The notes under the pieces are model-generated. The model made no database searches. It saw only the letters and a program-made list of their open reading frames with translations, and was not told the DNA's origin. A stretch of DNA of 64,000 nt from Squalus acanthias. Its lineage: Eukaryota. The stretch's first letter is position 1. Each line of letters starts with the position of its first letter. The translations under genes and the position numbers were made by a program. Below are positions 60,540 to 64,000 of the stretch, in pieces. The stretch is from positions 558,001 through 622,000 of the forward strand of contig JASTWF010000158.1 in NCBI GenBank assembly GCA_030390025.1, given 5' to 3'.

Positions 60540-61725
60540 TGAGAAGAAAGTTACAAAAGAACATAGACAGACTAAGTGAGTGGCAAAACTGTGGAGTTCA
60601 ATGTTTGCAGAGGGGGGAGTGTGAGGTCATCCACTTTTGATCCAAAAAAGACAAATAGGAATATTTTCTTAATGGCGGGACTAGTAGCTGTAGAGGAGCA
60701 AAATGATTTGGGTGTCCATGTACACAAATCACAAAGTTAGTTCACAGGTACAAAAAGTAATCAAAAAGGCTAATGTTGGCCTTTATCACAAGAGGGCTGG
60801 AATACCAATGAGGAAGAGGTGCTTGGTCAGACCCCATCTGGAATAATGCGTGCAGTTCTGGGCACCGCACCTCAGGATGGATACATTGGCCTTGGAGGGG
60901 GTACAGCGCAAACTCAGCAAAATTATACCCAGGCTTGAAGGGTTAAATTATGGAGGACAGACTGCATAAACTTGGTTTGTATTCCCATGAGTTTAGACAG
61001 TTAGAGTGTTCTAATTGATGTGTTTAAAATGATAAGAGAAATTATTTCCTCTGGTGGGGAATCCAGGAAATGAGAACTGGGAAATACAGGAGTGAAATCG
61101 GGAGGGTAGTAACAATCTGGAATTCCCTCCCCCAAAAGGCTATGGATGTTGGGTCAATTGAAACTTCAAGAGAGAGGTCAATAGCTTTTTTGTTGAGCAA
61201 GGGTATCAAGGGATATGGAGTTGAAGTACAGATCAGCCATGAATCAGCCTCAATTGAATGAACAGGTTCCACTGGACTGAATGGCCTAGTCCTGTTCCTA
61301 TGTTCCAACCACTGATTGATCCCATCCTGCCACTGACGGATACCACCCCTCTCCAACACTGATGCCTTCTATCCACTCCTATACATAGGAACAGGAGTAG
61401 GCCATAGAGCCCCTTGAGCTTGTTCTGCCATTCAATGAGATTATGGCTGATCTGTGACCTAACTCCATATACCCACCTTTGGCCATATCCCTGAATTCCT
61501 TTGGCGATTGATAATTTTACATAGGTGAACAAAAAGCTAACAATTGATCTAGCATCAATTGCCATTTGCGGAAGAAAGTTCCAAACTTCTACCACACTGT
61601 GCAGAAGTGTTTCCTAATTTCACTCCTGAAAGGTCTGGCTCTAATTTTTAGACTATGCCGCCTAGTCCTGGAATCCCCAACCAGCAGAAATAGTTTCTCT
61701 CTCTCTACCCTATCTGTTCCCCTTA
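60540..61725. mobile_element. Decayed CR1 3' fragments (60540-61310 plus; 61380-61725 minus)
   Basis: WNSLPQKA…KGIKGYG-type peptides on both strands. Confidence 0.75.
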
Positions 61726-62431
61726 CTTTGACCTTTGCTCTCCTCCCAGCCACTTACTGAAATCTCCCCTCCCCAATACCTACCATCCACTGACTGATAC
61801 CACTTCACCGGCCCCCCTCAACTGGTACTCACAGCTCCTGCCCTAACATTCAGTGATACCTAACCCATCCCAAACGATAATTTCACACATCTCCCCGACC
61901 CTGTGCAGACAGATTCCCTTCCCACCCTGACTAGGCATACCTAATGCAGTGTTTTGCTGTGATCATGACATTGAGATTTATGTTCTCAATCCACAATAAA
62001 ACCACCACATATGTATTTGAAATGACTGAAGTGGCAGCAGAAAAACTGCTGAACCCACTGCCCCCTCAAGATTTCATCCAAAGATTTAGATGAACTCTGG
62101 CTCAAGTACACCTTTCACGATAAATCCTCACTAGTCTCAGCCCAGTAAAAGAATCCCTTTAATGCGTACTCTCATGCCACCCTTCTACTTAGTGGGTCCC
62201 TGAAACACTTACTCCCTCCCTATTAGTGAGTCCATTTAAAACTCACTCTGCGAGTTAGTTAGTCTTTTTAATAACCACTCCCTTCCAGTTAGTTCATCTC
62301 TTTAACCCCCTCCCTCCCTCCCTCATCCCCTCTAATTCAGTAAGATCCTTTAATTCTCACTTCCCTCCACTTAATACTCATTATTCTTCCCCCCCCCCCC
62401 CCTCCCATTAGTCTGCCCCGTTTAACTGTTG

Positions 62432-62960
62432 TCAGCTGTGGCTCAGAGAGTGGCACTCGCACCTCAGAGTCAGAAGGATGTGGGTTCAAGTCCCACTAGG
62501 GACTGGAGTACAAAAATCTAGGCTGATACTCCCAGTGCAATATTGAGGGAGAGCTGCACTGTTGTAAGTGCCGTCTTTCAAGTGAGACGTTAAACCGAGG
62601 CCCCATCTACTCTCAGGTGGACGTAAAAGATCCCATGGCACTATTTCAAAGAAGAGATGGGGAGTTTATCCCTGGTGCCCTGGCTAATATTTATCCTCAA
62701 TCAACATCACTAAAACAGTTTAACTGGTCATTACTACATAAAGAAAAAACATTTGCATTTATATAGCACCTTTCATGACCACCGGACATTCCAAAGTGCT
62801 TCACAGCCAATATTGCGGTTTGTGGGAGCTTGCTGTGCTTAAATTGGCTGCCGCATTTCCTAAATTACAACAGTGACTACACTTCTAAAAAGTACTACAT
62901 TGGCTGTGAAGCACTGTGGGACGTCCCGAGGTAATGAAAGGCGCTATATATAAATGCAAG
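62432..62960 (+). mobile_element. SacSINE1-type SINE with an inverted tail fragment inside (about 62745-62811)
   Basis: tRNA head with GGTTCAAGTCC B box; L2-type tail; internal reverse-complement tail copy. Confidence 0.85.
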
Positions 62961-63149
62961 GTTCTTCCCCCCCCACCCCCCCTTTAACATTTCCCCAAAA
63001 TGACTAAATTCCCTTAATGCTGACTATCAATCCCTTTCTTATTTATGCCCTCTCCTATCTAGTAATCCCTTTAATGCTCAGCTTTCATTTAGTGAGTATC
63101 TTTAATACCCACTCTTTTCCCTCCCTCAATAGAGGGCCCCCTTTAATGC

Positions 63150-63365
63150 TCGCCTCACCAGGTCCCTTTACTGCTGCTGTGTGTGTGAGGAGGAAGTCGC
63201 GGCCCCGTGTGCCGAGGGCAGGTAGTGCGTGCCAGGCGCGCGCACGGACGGACGCGGGCACGCGCAGGGAGGGGGGGGTGGGGGGGAATGATGAGTGACA
63301 GGTACATACGGGCTCCGCTGAAACCCCAGAGGCGGAGATTAGTTTTAAACATGGCTTTAGCCTTC
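63150..63365 (-). promoter_or_regulatory. CpG island, probable promoter/first exon of the HMGN3-like gene
   Basis: CpG-dense unique DNA; donors CTG|GTGAGG (exon end 63159) and CC|GTATGT (63310); GCCATG at 63352. Confidence 0.65.
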
Positions 63366-64000
63366 GAAAAGAAGGAGGAAAAAAAGGACTCCACACATCA
63401 GTGTCCCTTCCAACATGCATTAAACAACCCGCACACGAAATTTCTTGTCCTTTAATTTTAAATACATTATATATATATAAAAAAATATAATAAAGCCACC
63501 TCGTAGCATATAACATAGGTTCAACATTTCAAATATTTTAAGTGAAGAAAGAAGACCCATTTGTTACAAACATCATGGAGGGGAGAAGGACGCCAGAGGA
63601 CTCGAAATCGTGTTGCAATTTAATTACTGCGCCACACTGTTACGGTTTCGTTATTTTAAAAAGTTTGCCATAAAAGAAAAACTTTTTTTTTTAAAAAGAC
63701 AATTTTTAAAAAATGCACTGCAGCGAATGCAAAGAATGTACAACGCATTTCTATTTACCCGTTGCAAAAAAAAACCCACACTGTACGCTTTGAGTTACCA
63801 GAGGAAAAAATATATAAATACCCCTGCAGTCAAACTTACCATCCTTTTGGGAGGCATGGTTACAAAAAACTGGATAGAGAAGCTTAACAGAAATGCACTT
63901 CCACGGCGAACGTTGCAACCACTATTGCAAGTTTTAACTCCCAACCAGCGCAGATCAATTTCTAAACACCTTGCTAATCAGATGATAATATCATGCTAAT

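Noticed and set aside
62432-62500. tRNA genes (also near 11080, 12850 and 48325)
   Set aside because: These are tRNA-derived SINE heads continuing into SINE bodies, with no complete cloverleaf.

Overview
Eukaryotic, repeat-rich vertebrate DNA, very probably a cartilaginous fish (shark), judged from SacSINE1/DeuSINE-type SINEs, LF-SINE-like relics, and shark-type CR1, L2 and Penelope families. The right end holds a minus-strand HMGN3-like gene: exons at 59569-50565, a CpG island near 63.2 kb, the conserved 'isoform c' cassette exon, and an atypical nucleosome-binding core (RRSHRLEK). A near-intact Tigger/pogo transposon sits in one of its introns in the same orientation. The ~50 kb downstream contains nested CR1/L2 LINEs, several PIF/Harbinger elements (one full length, with transposase plus an intron-containing Myb/SANT gene), Harbinger and hAT MITEs, Penelope elements with minimal hammerhead ribozymes, and a 1.7 kb G-run minisatellite. 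The main discovery is in the unique DNA between the repeats: several decayed, co-oriented minus-strand reading frames resemble filovirus-like (Mononegavirales) nucleoprotein (about 14.3-15.7, 32.9-33.5 and 45.8-47.3 kb, more weakly 2.5-3.0 kb), and one open ORF resembles the VP40 matrix protein (1.6-2.1 kb). This is a candidate cluster of endogenous filovirus-like elements, possibly a piRNA-type antiviral archive. The viral similarities come from manual translation compared with recalled Ebola virus proteins and need HMM/tBLASTn confirmation.
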